Positions 23,137 through 32,472 of a stretch of DNA of 34,652 bases are shown one piece after another (position 1 is the first letter of the stretch; every line of letters starts with the position of its first letter). Location of the stretch: contig CAYWKE010000005.1 of the NCBI GenBank assembly GCA_964459075.1, positions 1 to 34,652 on the forward strand, read 5' to 3'. Source of the DNA: an uncultured Candidatus Saccharibacteria bacterium. Lineage in GTDB: Bacteria > Patescibacteriota > Minisyncoccia > Phycocordibacterales > UBA12088. The notes beneath the pieces were generated by a model. That model was not told the origin of the DNA, did not search any database, and saw nothing but the letters and a program-made list of their open reading frames with translations. The position numbers and the translations under genes were made by a program.

Positions 23137-25530
23137 ATGCGATGGATCGACGTACTGCGCGCTAATCGTCTCTACCTCGTCGTTGCCTTCACGGGAGCAG
23201 CGGTGTTGGCGGTCGAGACCTTGGCCTTCCGCGTGCTGGCACCCTACTTTGGGAATACGATCTACTCCTTCTCGAGTGTGGTGACGGTGGTCCTGGGCGC
23301 ACTGTCGCTGGGGTATTTGCACGGTGGTGTGCTCGCCGATCGAGTGGCATCGTACCGACAGTTCTTTGTCCTCATTGCCGCAGGTGGGGGCGCGACCCTC
23401 ATCTTTTTTACCCTTGCGCAGGTGCTCTTGCCGATGGTGCTGTCATGGGTGCCGTCGTTGGTGTGGGGCCCACTCGTGGGAGCAGCTCTGGTCTTTTTCA
23501 TACCTGCCTACGTGCTCGGTATGCTCTCACCGTACGCCATTGCGCTCATCTACCGTGAGCGTCCGGAGGTGGGCATTGGGCACGTTGCCGGGCGCACGTT
23601 CGCGTTCTCGACCGCAGGCTCGATCGTGGGCAGCGTGGGGACGGGCTTTTTCCTCATTCCCTACGTCAGCATCTCGACCTCACTCATTGCGATCTCGCTC
23701 TCGCTCATGCTTCTCGGCATGGTGGGTCTGGTCAGTTACGCTCGGGTACGACCAGGCGAGATAGCACTCATCATCATTGTTGCTGGCGCGAGTACGCTGA
23801 TGAGTGTGGCTGTTGGGACTACGCCCAGCTCGGTCTTCGTCAGTGGAGATCTTGTTTTTGCCGCAGATGGACGCTACGAGCGTATCGCCATCTACGACAC
23901 CACGCTGTTCAACCAACCTACTCGGCTCTTGTTACTCGATCGCTCGTACTCCTCAGGCATCAACCCGCTCACAGGCGGGTTGGTCTTTCCCTACACACGC
24001 TACATTGAACTCTACACCTCCTTGACCCCGGCTCCGGAACACATGCTGGTCTTGGGAGGGGGAGCCGCTACGGTCGGGAAGGTCGTGTACGACGCTGAAG
24101 CTCAGGTGAACGTGGATGTCGTTGACGTGGAGCCCCTGCTGCCAGAACTCTCGCGTGAGTACTTCGGTGTGCCTGATTCACCCCGACTCACGTACCACAC
24201 CGACGACGCACGTCGGTTCCTCCTGAGGGGCACGACGAGCTACGATGTGATCTTTGGTGATGTCTACTCGTCGATCTACTCCATTCCCTCACACGTCATG
24301 ACCGAAGAGTTCTTCACTCTCGTGCGCGAGCGTTTGTCGCCGGATGGTATGTTCCTTCTCAACGTCATTGCCACCTTAGAGCCCTACCCAGAATCGCTCC
24401 TGTACTCGAGTGTACGCACGCTTGAGGAGGTGTTCCCGAGTGTGACGGTCTTTGCTGTGACCGATCCTTCGAGTTACCGCGTGCAGAACATCATGCTCCT
24501 TGCGCTACCGTACGAGCCGGCGAGTTCAGTGGCCGACATGCTCCGTGATGGGGATGGACGCAGCGAACGCTTTGCAGACAACATAGTGCCGATCGACCAC
24601 CTCGACCTCACTCGCTATACCAGCTACACTGACAACTTCGTCCCAGTCGAACGACACAATGCCTTGATGCTCGCGCGCGACGGGCGGGTCGACCCGAGCA
24701 CGTTCAAGGGGCTTGCGGCGTACGGACACGTTCGCTCGCTCATGGCCCTGGGTCCGCGCTACCCGGGCAGCCAGGGGCGGTCTCAAGCGGTCGCGTGGCT
24801 CACCCAAGAGCTGTCGAGGTTGGGAATTGCAGAGGTCACGACGCAGCCATTCACCGCAACCGACTCACACGGTCGCACGTATAGCTACACGAACGTGATC
24901 GGTCGCATCAATCCGGGAGTGAGCGACCGGGTGCTCTTGGGGAGCCACTTCGACACCAAGAAGTTCGCTGACCGTGACCCGAATGACCCGACCGCACCCG
25001 TGCCGGGCGCTAACGACGGCTCATCGGGGGTTGCGGTCCTGCTTGAGCTAGCATCCATTTTTGCCCAGCGGGACATGGGTATCGATGTCGTATTCTTTGA
25101 CGGGGAAGAGGGATTTCCGCATGACGGTGAGGTCTGGGTGCCGCTCGGGTCGTCCCATTTCGTTGAGAACCTCGACGCATTCTACCCAACGACCCCACCA
25201 CGTCTCGTCATTGTTCCTGATATGGTTTGTGAGCACGGTGTCATGATCCCTGCTGAGGAGAGTTCGCATGTGTTTGGTGGGCAGTACTACGAGTCGTTCC
25301 TTGAACATGCGACACAGCGGTATCCCGATCACTTCACACACGAGACCACCTACCGCATATCGGACGATCACACCCCTTTTGGTGAAGCGGGCATACCGGC
25401 ATTTCTCATCATCGACTTTGACTATCCAGAATTCCACACGACCGAAGATACGCTTGAGCAGTGCTCACCGAGTAGCTTGATGGTCGTGGGCTCGACGATC
25501 GAGACCTACCTTGAGCAGCTTGCGTTCTAG
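23137..25530 (+). CDS. Membrane-fused spermidine synthase-like SAM-dependent domain fused to a C-terminal M28 peptidase/glutaminyl-cyclase-like domain
   Basis: About 7 TM segments (R.LAPYFG; GSIVGS.GTGF); LVLGGG, VDVEP, DDARRFL and YDVIFGDVY; then GSHFDTK, GANDGSSG, FDGEEG, DMV, DDH and FHT. Confidence 0.82.
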   Translation: MRWIDVLRANRLYLVVAFTGAAVLAVETLAFRVLAPYFGNTIYSFSSVVTVVLGALSLGYLHGGVLADRVASYRQFFVLIAAGGGATLIFFTLAQVLLPMVLSWVPSLVWGPLVGAALVFFIPAYVLGMLSPYAIALIYRERPEVGIGHVAGRTFAFSTAGSIVGSVGTGFFLIPYVSISTSLIAISLSLMLLGMVGLVSYARVRPGEIALIIIVAGASTLMSVAVGTTPSSVFVSGDLVFAADGRYERIAIYDTTLFNQPTRLLLLDRSYSSGINPLTGGLVFPYTRYIELYTSLTPAPEHMLVLGGGAATVGKVVYDAEAQVNVDVVDVEPLLPELSREYFGVPDSPRLTYHTDDARRFLLRGTTSYDVIFGDVYSSIYSIPSHVMTEEFFTLVRERLSPDGMFLLNVIATLEPYPESLLYSSVRTLEEVFPSVTVFAVTDPSSYRVQNIMLLALPYEPASSVADMLRDGDGRSERFADNIVPIDHLDLTRYTSYTDNFVPVERHNALMLARDGRVDPSTFKGLAAYGHVRSLMALGPRYPGSQGRSQAVAWLTQELSRLGIAEVTTQPFTATDSHGRTYSYTNVIGRINPGVSDRVLLGSHFDTKKFADRDPNDPTAPVPGANDGSSGVAVLLELASIFAQRDMGIDVVFFDGEEGFPHDGEVWVPLGSSHFVENLDAFYPTTPPRLVIVPDMVCEHGVMIPAEESSHVFGGQYYESFLEHATQRYPDHFTHETTYRISDDHTPFGEAGIPAFLIIDFDYPEFHTTEDTLEQCSPSSLMVVGSTIETYLEQLAF

Positions 25531-25538
25531 CGGAACAC

Positions 25539-25568
25539 GAACGCGCCGTCCTTGCGGACGGCGCGTTC
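25539..25568. terminator. Hairpin between the convergent fusion gene and rnpB (probable bidirectional terminator)
   Basis: GAACGCGCCGTCC-TTGC-GGACGGCGCGTTC. Confidence 0.65.
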
Positions 25569-25575
25569 ACATGCT

Positions 25576-26035
25576 GCTGGCATCGGTAAGCCGAATTCTG
25601 TTGCTGCACCTTTTTCGCCCCAGAGCATACCTGGATGCTCACTGGCAAAAAAGGTGCAGCAGGTGGCAATGTGTCTGGGACGTTCGTTGCCGAACGCCTC
25701 AAGCGGCACTCCCTGTGAAAGACGAATCGAAGATCCGTCGCGCGAAGCGCGCTTCACTTGGGCACGGCCTTGCACGCAGGTAGGAGTTTTGCCGTTTCAC
25801 CCCGTGCGTTACCGCACGGACTCTTCCGCAGCGTGTGCGGAAGCTGGCTGCTCTCGCAGCACAGCGTCTCTGCTCGCATCCCCTGGGTCACCCCGGACGG
25901 GTATTACCCGCTACCTTCCTCCGAGCACCTTTACGGTGCTTGGGCGTGTTCGGACTTTCCTCCCTGCACCTTTGTACGCACGAGCGAAACGAACTCACGA
26001 GCACGAAGGTGCAGGGCTGCCACCTGAGTGCCAAC
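25576..26035 (-). ncRNA. rnpB: RNase P RNA, about 460 nt, with extended helices
   Basis: The minus strand carries GAGGAAAGTCCGAAC, GGTGAAACGGCAAAACTC, GCAAG and 3' ACAGAATTCGGCTTA; P1 is GTTGGCA../..TGCCAGC. Confidence 0.93.
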
Positions 26036-26041
26036 GATAGT

Positions 26042-26069
26042 ATTATACCACAAAGAATTGTTGTGTCAC
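26042..26069 (-). promoter_or_regulatory. rnpB promoter
   Basis: Minus strand GTGACA, 16-nt spacer, TATAAT (with extended TG) ending 6 nt before the rnpB 5' end. Confidence 0.7.
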
Positions 26070-26157
26070 GTTCCTCCCGCAGTAGTCCAACGCACGACGC
26101 GCAGTAATCCTCACCCTGTGGAAAGCGAACGTTCGTAACTGGCAGTATACTGTGGGG

Positions 26158-28653
26158 ATGCAACCTTTTGAACAACATACTCCGTCCCGCGATACGTGGG
26201 ACACACCGTCGCGCGTACGGACCGAGGAAGAACCGTCACGCGCGGAGGCGACGAGGGGTCATTTTGACGTGCTAGCTTTTTGGGGAATTCTCGCCCTCAT
26301 AGCACTCATCCCTCTGTTCTTTCTACCAAGTGCGTCCGCACCGTTCCTCTTTGGTAAGCATGCATTCGCCCTCGTGGTAGTGGTAGCGACGTTCATTGTG
26401 TGGGGCATAGCACGTATGCAGTCGCAGCACATTCGGCTGCCACGATCACCGCTCTTTTGGAGTGTGTGGCTACTCCCTGGTGCGGCACTGCTTTCCTATC
26501 TCCTCTCACCGCTCGGAAGTACGTTCTTCGGCTCTGCGCTCGGGCCTCAGAGCACGGCGCTCTACCTCGTAGGCGCGCTCGGACTCTGTTTGGCAGCGCT
26601 TGTCATTGAGCGACGTGATGAGCTCCTCCTTGTGCTCGCTTCGTTTCTTGCCCCCTTCGCGCTCCTTGCGCTCTACCACACACTGGTGTATCTGCTCCCG
26701 GGGCCAAATGCACTGACGCTTGGGGTATTCGAAAACAAAATGACCGGCCCCTTTGGAACCGTGAATGATTGGGGTATGTTCGTGGGCCTCATTGCACTAC
26801 TGTCATTAGTGACGCTCGTTTCTGTATCGCTCGCTCGTATGCCCCTTATCATTACCCTGAGCGCACTCATCTCCTCTACGGCGCTGCTCACCGTGACCAA
26901 CGTACGCGTGGTCTGGTGGCTTGTGGCTGCTACAGCACTCGGCGCCCTGCTGCTGACCCTCTACCGAATGCAGAGCACTGGTGATCGGCACGCACTCGGA
27001 CTTCGATTCAGTGCCTCGTTGGGAGTGTTCGCCCTTTCGCTCCTCTTCCTCTTCGGGAACCAGGCGTTGACCGCATCGATCGCCGAGCGAGTCGGGGTCT
27101 CGCAGTTTGAGGTGCGTCCTTCGTGGCAATCCACCCTCACGGTCGGCCGCGCATCGCTGGGAGAGTATACGCTCTTCGGTGCGGGGCCGGGGACCTTCGC
27201 GCGCGTGTGGGCCCTCTACCGACCTCCTCAGATCGACCAGACCATTGCTTGGAACACTGACTTTGGAAGCGGGGTGAGCACCGTGGCGACCTCGGTCGTA
27301 TCGTTAGGTGTGGTCGGTTTGATCGCGTGGCTCGTGTTCTTCGCGTCGTTCCTGGTAAGCGGTGTGCGTACGCTCCTGCTTGCACCGGTCGCAGATCCTT
27401 TCGCGTACTTCCTCAACCTCGCGGCATTCGTCGGCGCACTCTATCTGTGGGTGCTGGCAAGTGTTGTGGTGGTCAGCGGGGTGCTGCTGCTGCTCGCCTA
27501 CCTGATGACAGGTGTCTACCTCGCGTCATTACGGCATCGTGCTGAGGTGCCTCGGGACATACACTTCTTGTTCACCCAGTACCCGCGCTTGGGCTTTATG
27601 AGCGTTCTCGGGATCACCGTTGGCATCATTGGAGGTGTCGTTTTGTCAGCAACCGCACTGCAACAGTACGTGGCTGCCCACACCTTTCAAAGTGCACTTG
27701 TGTTCCGCGCTGAGGGTGGAAGTCGCGAGGAGACCATCGCGCGAGTTGCTGATGCGGCTCGGTACAGTGAGGATGATCGGTTCTATCGGCTCGTGACCAC
27801 ACTCACACTCGAGCGGTTGCAGGGCCTCATCGCACAGAGCGCGAGCGACCCGACAGAAGAGCAGCAGGTGCAGTTCCGCGGACTCCTCGAGCGAGCCATC
27901 CTCAATGCCAACCGCGCGGTTGAGCTCGATGAGAGCAACTATCTCAACTGGATCGCGTTGGGGCAGGTGTACCGTTCCATCGCACCGCTGGGCATTGACG
28001 GCGCGTACGATAGTGCGGTGCGTGCTTTCAACGAAGCATTGGCACGTCGACCTGATTCTCCTACCATCCTCTTTGCACTTGCGGAGCTTGAAGCGGTCGA
28101 GGGGAACACTGATGCAGCCGAGGCGCTCTTGCGGCAGGCACTGACGCGTCGACCCAACTACACCGATGCTATATTCGCACTCGCGCAGCTCCAGATCCTC
28201 TCGGGGGATATCGCGGCCGCGGAAGAGTCAGTGGTGGCAGCAACACTCCTCAATCCGAACAATCCGCTCGTGTTCTTCCAGCTCGGTATCCTGCGATTCA
28301 GTCAGGGTGACTACGAGGGGGCGAGCGAAGCCTTGTCACGTGCGGTCGGCCTCGATCCAGTGTATGCTAACGCACGCTACTTCCTGGGGCTCTCCCGCTA
28401 CTACCTGGGGGATACGGAGGCAGCGATCGGACAGTTTGAGCGGGTCATCGCGACCAACCAGGAGATCACTGAGCTCACGAGTATCGTAGAGAACATGCGC
28501 GCAGGACTGGATCCCTTTACGGGAGAGCAGATCACACTTCCTCCTGAGGAGCCACAGCCCGACATCACCACCCTCAACGCTCTCCCGATAGCAGAACCCG
28601 ATCCTGAGATCATCTCGGAGCCCACGACCCCGGTCGCTCCCGAGGATGAGTAA
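26158..28653 (+). CDS. Polytopic membrane protein (O-antigen ligase/Wzy_C-like) with C-terminal TPR repeats
   Basis: About 12 TM segments, LFGAGPGTF and several TPR-like repeats (A...F..AL..RP; A..L.P.N...FQLG); ATG lies 6 nt after TATACT. Confidence 0.75.
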   Translation: MQPFEQHTPSRDTWDTPSRVRTEEEPSRAEATRGHFDVLAFWGILALIALIPLFFLPSASAPFLFGKHAFALVVVVATFIVWGIARMQSQHIRLPRSPLFWSVWLLPGAALLSYLLSPLGSTFFGSALGPQSTALYLVGALGLCLAALVIERRDELLLVLASFLAPFALLALYHTLVYLLPGPNALTLGVFENKMTGPFGTVNDWGMFVGLIALLSLVTLVSVSLARMPLIITLSALISSTALLTVTNVRVVWWLVAATALGALLLTLYRMQSTGDRHALGLRFSASLGVFALSLLFLFGNQALTASIAERVGVSQFEVRPSWQSTLTVGRASLGEYTLFGAGPGTFARVWALYRPPQIDQTIAWNTDFGSGVSTVATSVVSLGVVGLIAWLVFFASFLVSGVRTLLLAPVADPFAYFLNLAAFVGALYLWVLASVVVVSGVLLLLAYLMTGVYLASLRHRAEVPRDIHFLFTQYPRLGFMSVLGITVGIIGGVVLSATALQQYVAAHTFQSALVFRAEGGSREETIARVADAARYSEDDRFYRLVTTLTLERLQGLIAQSASDPTEEQQVQFRGLLERAILNANRAVELDESNYLNWIALGQVYRSIAPLGIDGAYDSAVRAFNEALARRPDSPTILFALAELEAVEGNTDAAEALLRQALTRRPNYTDAIFALAQLQILSGDIAAAEESVVAATLLNPNNPLVFFQLGILRFSQGDYEGASEALSRAVGLDPVYANARYFLGLSRYYLGDTEAAIGQFERVIATNQEITELTSIVENMRAGLDPFTGEQITLPPEEPQPDITTLNALPIAEPDPEIISEPTTPVAPEDE

Positions 28654-30327
28654 ATGGTACGAACGCTTACGCGATTACTGACCCAAGAAGTGCGCGGCCT
28701 CCACGAGGCGGCGTACTTGTTGGGTTCGTTCGCGCTCCTCTCACAGGTCCTTGCGCTCGTGCGCGACCGACTGTTTGCCGCGCAGTTCGGAGCAGGAGAG
28801 ACCTTGGATATCTACTACGCGAGCTTCCGCATCCCAGACCTCCTATTCGTCACGATCGCGTCGTTCGTCTCTATCTATGTTCTCATCCCGCTGCTCACCA
28901 AGAGTTTTAGTAAGGATGTAGAGGCGACCCGCGTGGTCCTCAACTCATCATTCACGGTGTTCTTCGGACTGCTGTTGCTGGTGAGTAGTGGCGCGTGGCT
29001 TGCAGCACCATACCTGGTTCCGTTCTTGATCCCAGGATTCTCGCCTGAGGCAACGGCAGAGGTCGTGACGCTCACCCGCATCATGCTGCTCCAACCAATT
29101 CTCTTGGGCTTTTCGAACCTGCTCGCATCACTCACCCAGCTCAAGGGACGCTTCGTGTTGTATGCGGTCAGTCCGCTTCTCTACAACGTCGGGATCATCA
29201 TCGGGCTCCTGTTCTTCTTTGATACGCTCGGCACCGCGGGGCTCGCCTGGGGTGTGGTTGTGGGAGCCGCTCTCCATGCGCTGGTGCAAGTCCCGTCGAT
29301 ACTCACTGATGGGTTGATGCCGCGTCCCGCTCTCCGTCCTCAGTGGCGTATTGTTCGCGAGGTGGCACTTCTGTCGCTACCGCGCACGCTCACGCTCTCT
29401 GCGCAGCAGCTGGTGCTCTTGGTATTCGTCTTTCTGGCAAGCTCAATGGCGGTCGGCTCTATCGCGGTTCTGCAGTTCGCTCACAACCTCCAGTCGGTGC
29501 CGCTCTCGGTCATTGGTGTGAGCTACTCTGTTGCGGCGTTCCCAACTCTGGCGCGACTGTTTACAGCAGGTGACGCGACCGCGTTTCGGGCACAGATCTC
29601 AAGTGCGATGCGCCACATTCTCTTTTGGAGTTTGCCAGCGATCGCACTCATCGTCGTGTTGCGAGCACAGATCGTACGCGTCCTCTTGGGCTCTGGTGCC
29701 TTCGATTGGGCTGACACGCGTCTCACTGCAGCAGCGCTCGCGCTCTTCTCAATCTCGCTTATAGCCCAAGCGCTTGTGATGCTGTTCGTACGAGGATTCT
29801 ATGCAGCAGGGAATACTCGCACGCCGCTTATCGCGAATCTGGTGTCGGCAGCTTTTTCTATTGGAACGGCGTTCTTGCTGCTTGGGCTCTTTGAGCGCTC
29901 CTCGGTGTTTTCCTCTACATTCACCGAGCTCTTGCGTGTTGACGACCTTTCTGGAACGGCAGTGCTGATGCTTCCACTCGCCTTCTCGTTGGGGAGTATT
30001 CTCAACGTGTTGCTTCTGGTCGTTCTTTTTGAGCGCACGTACGGCTCACTTGAGCGCATGTTGCGGCGGGTATTATGGCAGGGAAGTGTGGCGGCGTTGG
30101 GAGGCGCGATGGCAAGCTACATCATGCTCGCGTTCATGGATGACCTCGTGGATATTCAAACGTTCCTAGGTATTGCTTTGCAGGGCTTCGTTGCGGGCGT
30201 GGCCGGGCTTGCCGTGACCGCGTATCTCTTGAAGCTGCTTGGCAGCCGCGAACTCTCTGAAGCATGGCGTGCATTCACGCACAAGTTCTGGCGCGCACGA
30301 AGCGTGGTGCCGGAGGTGGAGGGGTAG
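28654..30327 (+). CDS. murJ: Lipid II flippase MurJ (MviN)
   Basis: LLSQVLALVRDRLFAAQFGAG..LDIYYASFRIPD, SPLLYNVGII, AAFPTLA and RGFYA.GNTRTP. Confidence 0.92.
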   Translation: MVRTLTRLLTQEVRGLHEAAYLLGSFALLSQVLALVRDRLFAAQFGAGETLDIYYASFRIPDLLFVTIASFVSIYVLIPLLTKSFSKDVEATRVVLNSSFTVFFGLLLLVSSGAWLAAPYLVPFLIPGFSPEATAEVVTLTRIMLLQPILLGFSNLLASLTQLKGRFVLYAVSPLLYNVGIIIGLLFFFDTLGTAGLAWGVVVGAALHALVQVPSILTDGLMPRPALRPQWRIVREVALLSLPRTLTLSAQQLVLLVFVFLASSMAVGSIAVLQFAHNLQSVPLSVIGVSYSVAAFPTLARLFTAGDATAFRAQISSAMRHILFWSLPAIALIVVLRAQIVRVLLGSGAFDWADTRLTAAALALFSISLIAQALVMLFVRGFYAAGNTRTPLIANLVSAAFSIGTAFLLLGLFERSSVFSSTFTELLRVDDLSGTAVLMLPLAFSLGSILNVLLLVVLFERTYGSLERMLRRVLWQGSVAALGGAMASYIMLAFMDDLVDIQTFLGIALQGFVAGVAGLAVTAYLLKLLGSRELSEAWRAFTHKFWRARSVVPEVEG

Positions 30328-30354
30328 CGACAAATAGGGTAGGATACCTCCACA

Positions 30355-32142
30355 ATGCAACGCATACGCAATTTTTCCATCATCGCCCACATCGACCACG
30401 GGAAGTCCACCCTGGCTGACCGCATGCTGGAGGAGACCAAGACCATCGAGGCCAGACAGATGAAAGACCAGCTTCTGGATTCGATGGAGTTGGAGCGGGA
30501 GCGTGGCATCACCATCAAGATGGCGCCGGTCAGGATGCTCCACGAAAAGGATGGTGAGCGCTACATCATTAACCTCATCGACACACCCGGGCATATCGAT
30601 TTCGCCTACGAGGTCAGCCGAGCGTTGAAGGCGGTCGAAGGCGTCGTGCTTCTGGTTGACGCAACACAAGGCGTACAGGCGCAGACACTCTCGGTACTTG
30701 CGATGGCACGCGAGCAGAACCTCCTCATCATTCCGGTCCTCTCGAAAGTGGATGCGCAGCACGCTCGGCTTGATGAGGTGAAGCTCGAATTGGCTTCCCT
30801 CATCGATTGTGACATTGACGACGTGTTTGAGACCTCAGGCAAGACGGGGCAGGGGGTGCACGAGCTCCTCGATGCTATCGTCGAGCGCGTACCCTCACCC
30901 GATTCTCGACACGAACACGATGAGTTTCGCTCGCTCGTCTTTGATTTTGAGTACAGCAATCACCGCGGGGTCATCGTCTATGTTCGCCTCTTTGATGGAT
31001 CGGTCAAGAAAGGCGATAAGCTGCGTTTCGCTGCTAGCAACGAATCCTTCACGGCGCTTGAGGTCGGGACCTTCTCACCGCGGCAGACACCGGTCGATGC
31101 GCTCTCAGAAGGGGAGATCGGCTACATCGTGACCGGCATCAAGGAGCCGGGTGTGGCATCGGTGGGTGATACGCTCCTGCTCGAGCGGGCGACCATTCCG
31201 CCGCTTTCCGGATACCAGCAACCTGTGCCGGTCGTGTGGGCATCACTCTACCCGGAATCCCAAGACGATTTCGTTCCCCTGCGTCAGGCACTCGATCGAT
31301 TGCGGCTCTCTGACTCCTCGCTCTCCTTTGAGGAGGAGACCTCGGGGGTTTTGGGGCGCGGGTTTCGCTGCGGGTTCCTTGGGATGCTGCACCTTGAGAT
31401 CGTGACCGAGCGCTTGCGCCGTGAGTTCGACCTTGAGCTCATCGTGACCGCGCCGTCGATCGTCTATGAAGTTGAACTTACGAACGGCGAGCGTCAGGTT
31501 GTGTACTCTCCCCACAAGTTCCCCGACCATGGACAGATCGCGAAGATCTTCGAACCGTGGGCCGCCGTGCAGATCATCGCACCACCCGAGTACACGGGAA
31601 TGGTCATGCCGCTACTACACGAACATGAGGGCGTTGTCCTCTCGACCGAAACACTTGCGGACGGACGGTCGCTTCAGGATATTGAGATGCCCCTGCGAGA
31701 GCTGATGCGCAACTTCTTTGATAAGCTCAAGAGCGCGACGTCAGGCTATGCCTCCATATCCTACAAGCTGGACGAGCTGCGCGAAGCGGACGTGACCCGG
31801 CTCGATGTTCTCGTTGCTGAGGAGCCGGTGCCGGCATTCACGCGTGTGGTTTCAAAGCGTCGCGTGCAGGAGGAGAGCGAAGCGGTCGTCGAGAGGCTGT
31901 ACGACACGCTGCCGCGTCAGCAGTTCGTCACCAAAATTCAAGCGCACGCGCTCGGACGCATCATCTCAAGTAAGACGCTTAGCGCCTACCGCAAAGACGT
32001 TACCGCTAAGCTCTATGGTGGCGACATCACGCGCAAGATGAAGCTCCTCGAAAAGCAGAAGAAGGGAAAGAAAAAAATGGCCGCTCGCGGCAAGGTAGAC
32101 ATTCCCCACGAGGTATTTATGAAAATGATGAAGGGAGAGTGA
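30355..32142 (+). CDS. lepA: Translation elongation factor 4 (LepA)
   Basis: IRNFSIIAHIDHGKSTLADR, ERERGITIK, DTPGH, GFRCGFLGMLH and YGGDITRKMKLLEKQK.GKK. Confidence 0.98.
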   Translation: MQRIRNFSIIAHIDHGKSTLADRMLEETKTIEARQMKDQLLDSMELERERGITIKMAPVRMLHEKDGERYIINLIDTPGHIDFAYEVSRALKAVEGVVLLVDATQGVQAQTLSVLAMAREQNLLIIPVLSKVDAQHARLDEVKLELASLIDCDIDDVFETSGKTGQGVHELLDAIVERVPSPDSRHEHDEFRSLVFDFEYSNHRGVIVYVRLFDGSVKKGDKLRFAASNESFTALEVGTFSPRQTPVDALSEGEIGYIVTGIKEPGVASVGDTLLLERATIPPLSGYQQPVPVVWASLYPESQDDFVPLRQALDRLRLSDSSLSFEEETSGVLGRGFRCGFLGMLHLEIVTERLRREFDLELIVTAPSIVYEVELTNGERQVVYSPHKFPDHGQIAKIFEPWAAVQIIAPPEYTGMVMPLLHEHEGVVLSTETLADGRSLQDIEMPLRELMRNFFDKLKSATSGYASISYKLDELREADVTRLDVLVAEEPVPAFTRVVSKRRVQEESEAVVERLYDTLPRQQFVTKIQAHALGRIISSKTLSAYRKDVTAKLYGGDITRKMKLLEKQKKGKKKMAARGKVDIPHEVFMKMMKGE

Positions 32143-32168
32143 ATACCGGACGTCGAACGTCCGGTATT
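32142..32168. repeat. Perfect hairpin, 12-bp arms, at the lepA stop
   Basis: AATACCGGACGT-CGA-ACGTCCGGTATT. Confidence 0.85.
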
Positions 32169-32169
32169 T

Positions 32170-32198
32170 GAGTATGAGGGAAGAGTATGGGTATGAGG
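32170..32198 (+). repeat. GAGTATG-type triple repeat module, copy 1 (copy 2 at 34173-34201)
   Basis: GAGTATGAGGGAAGAGTATGGGTATGAGG versus GAGTATGAGGGGTGAGTATGAGTATGAGG, 26/29 identical. Confidence 0.8.
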
Positions 32199-32254
32199 AC
32201 GGCTCGACTTTAGCCGCGCCGTCCTTTCCTTTTTCATCTTTCCTGTTTCCTTTT

Positions 32255-32374
32255 CTAAAACATCCCCGTAAACCCGGAGTAGACCACCACCATCGAGAGA
32301 ATGATAATGATCGAGAAGACGATCCAGACGTACTTGACGACCTTCTTGGTGCGCTTGTGGAAGAGTAGAGACAT
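32255..32374 (-). CDS. Small single-pass membrane protein, 39 aa, absent from the ORF track
   Basis: ATG 32374 to TAG 32255 gives MSLLFHKRTKKVVKYVWIVFSIIIILSMVVVYSGFTGMF: basic patch plus TM helix, host-like codon usage. Confidence 0.7.
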   Translation of the reverse strand: MSLLFHKRTKKVVKYVWIVFSIIIILSMVVVYSGFTGMF

Positions 32375-32472
32375 AGGTAGGGCTGTGGATAGTTATTTCT
32401 GTACCAGGGAGTATACTGAGAACAACGGAGAAGTGCAATGCGCGTTGCCTCCCCGTTGAACCCCACACAACG

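Noticed and set aside
25511-26178. ORFs overlapping rnpB
   Set aside because: The region is explained by the RNase P RNA and its promoter.
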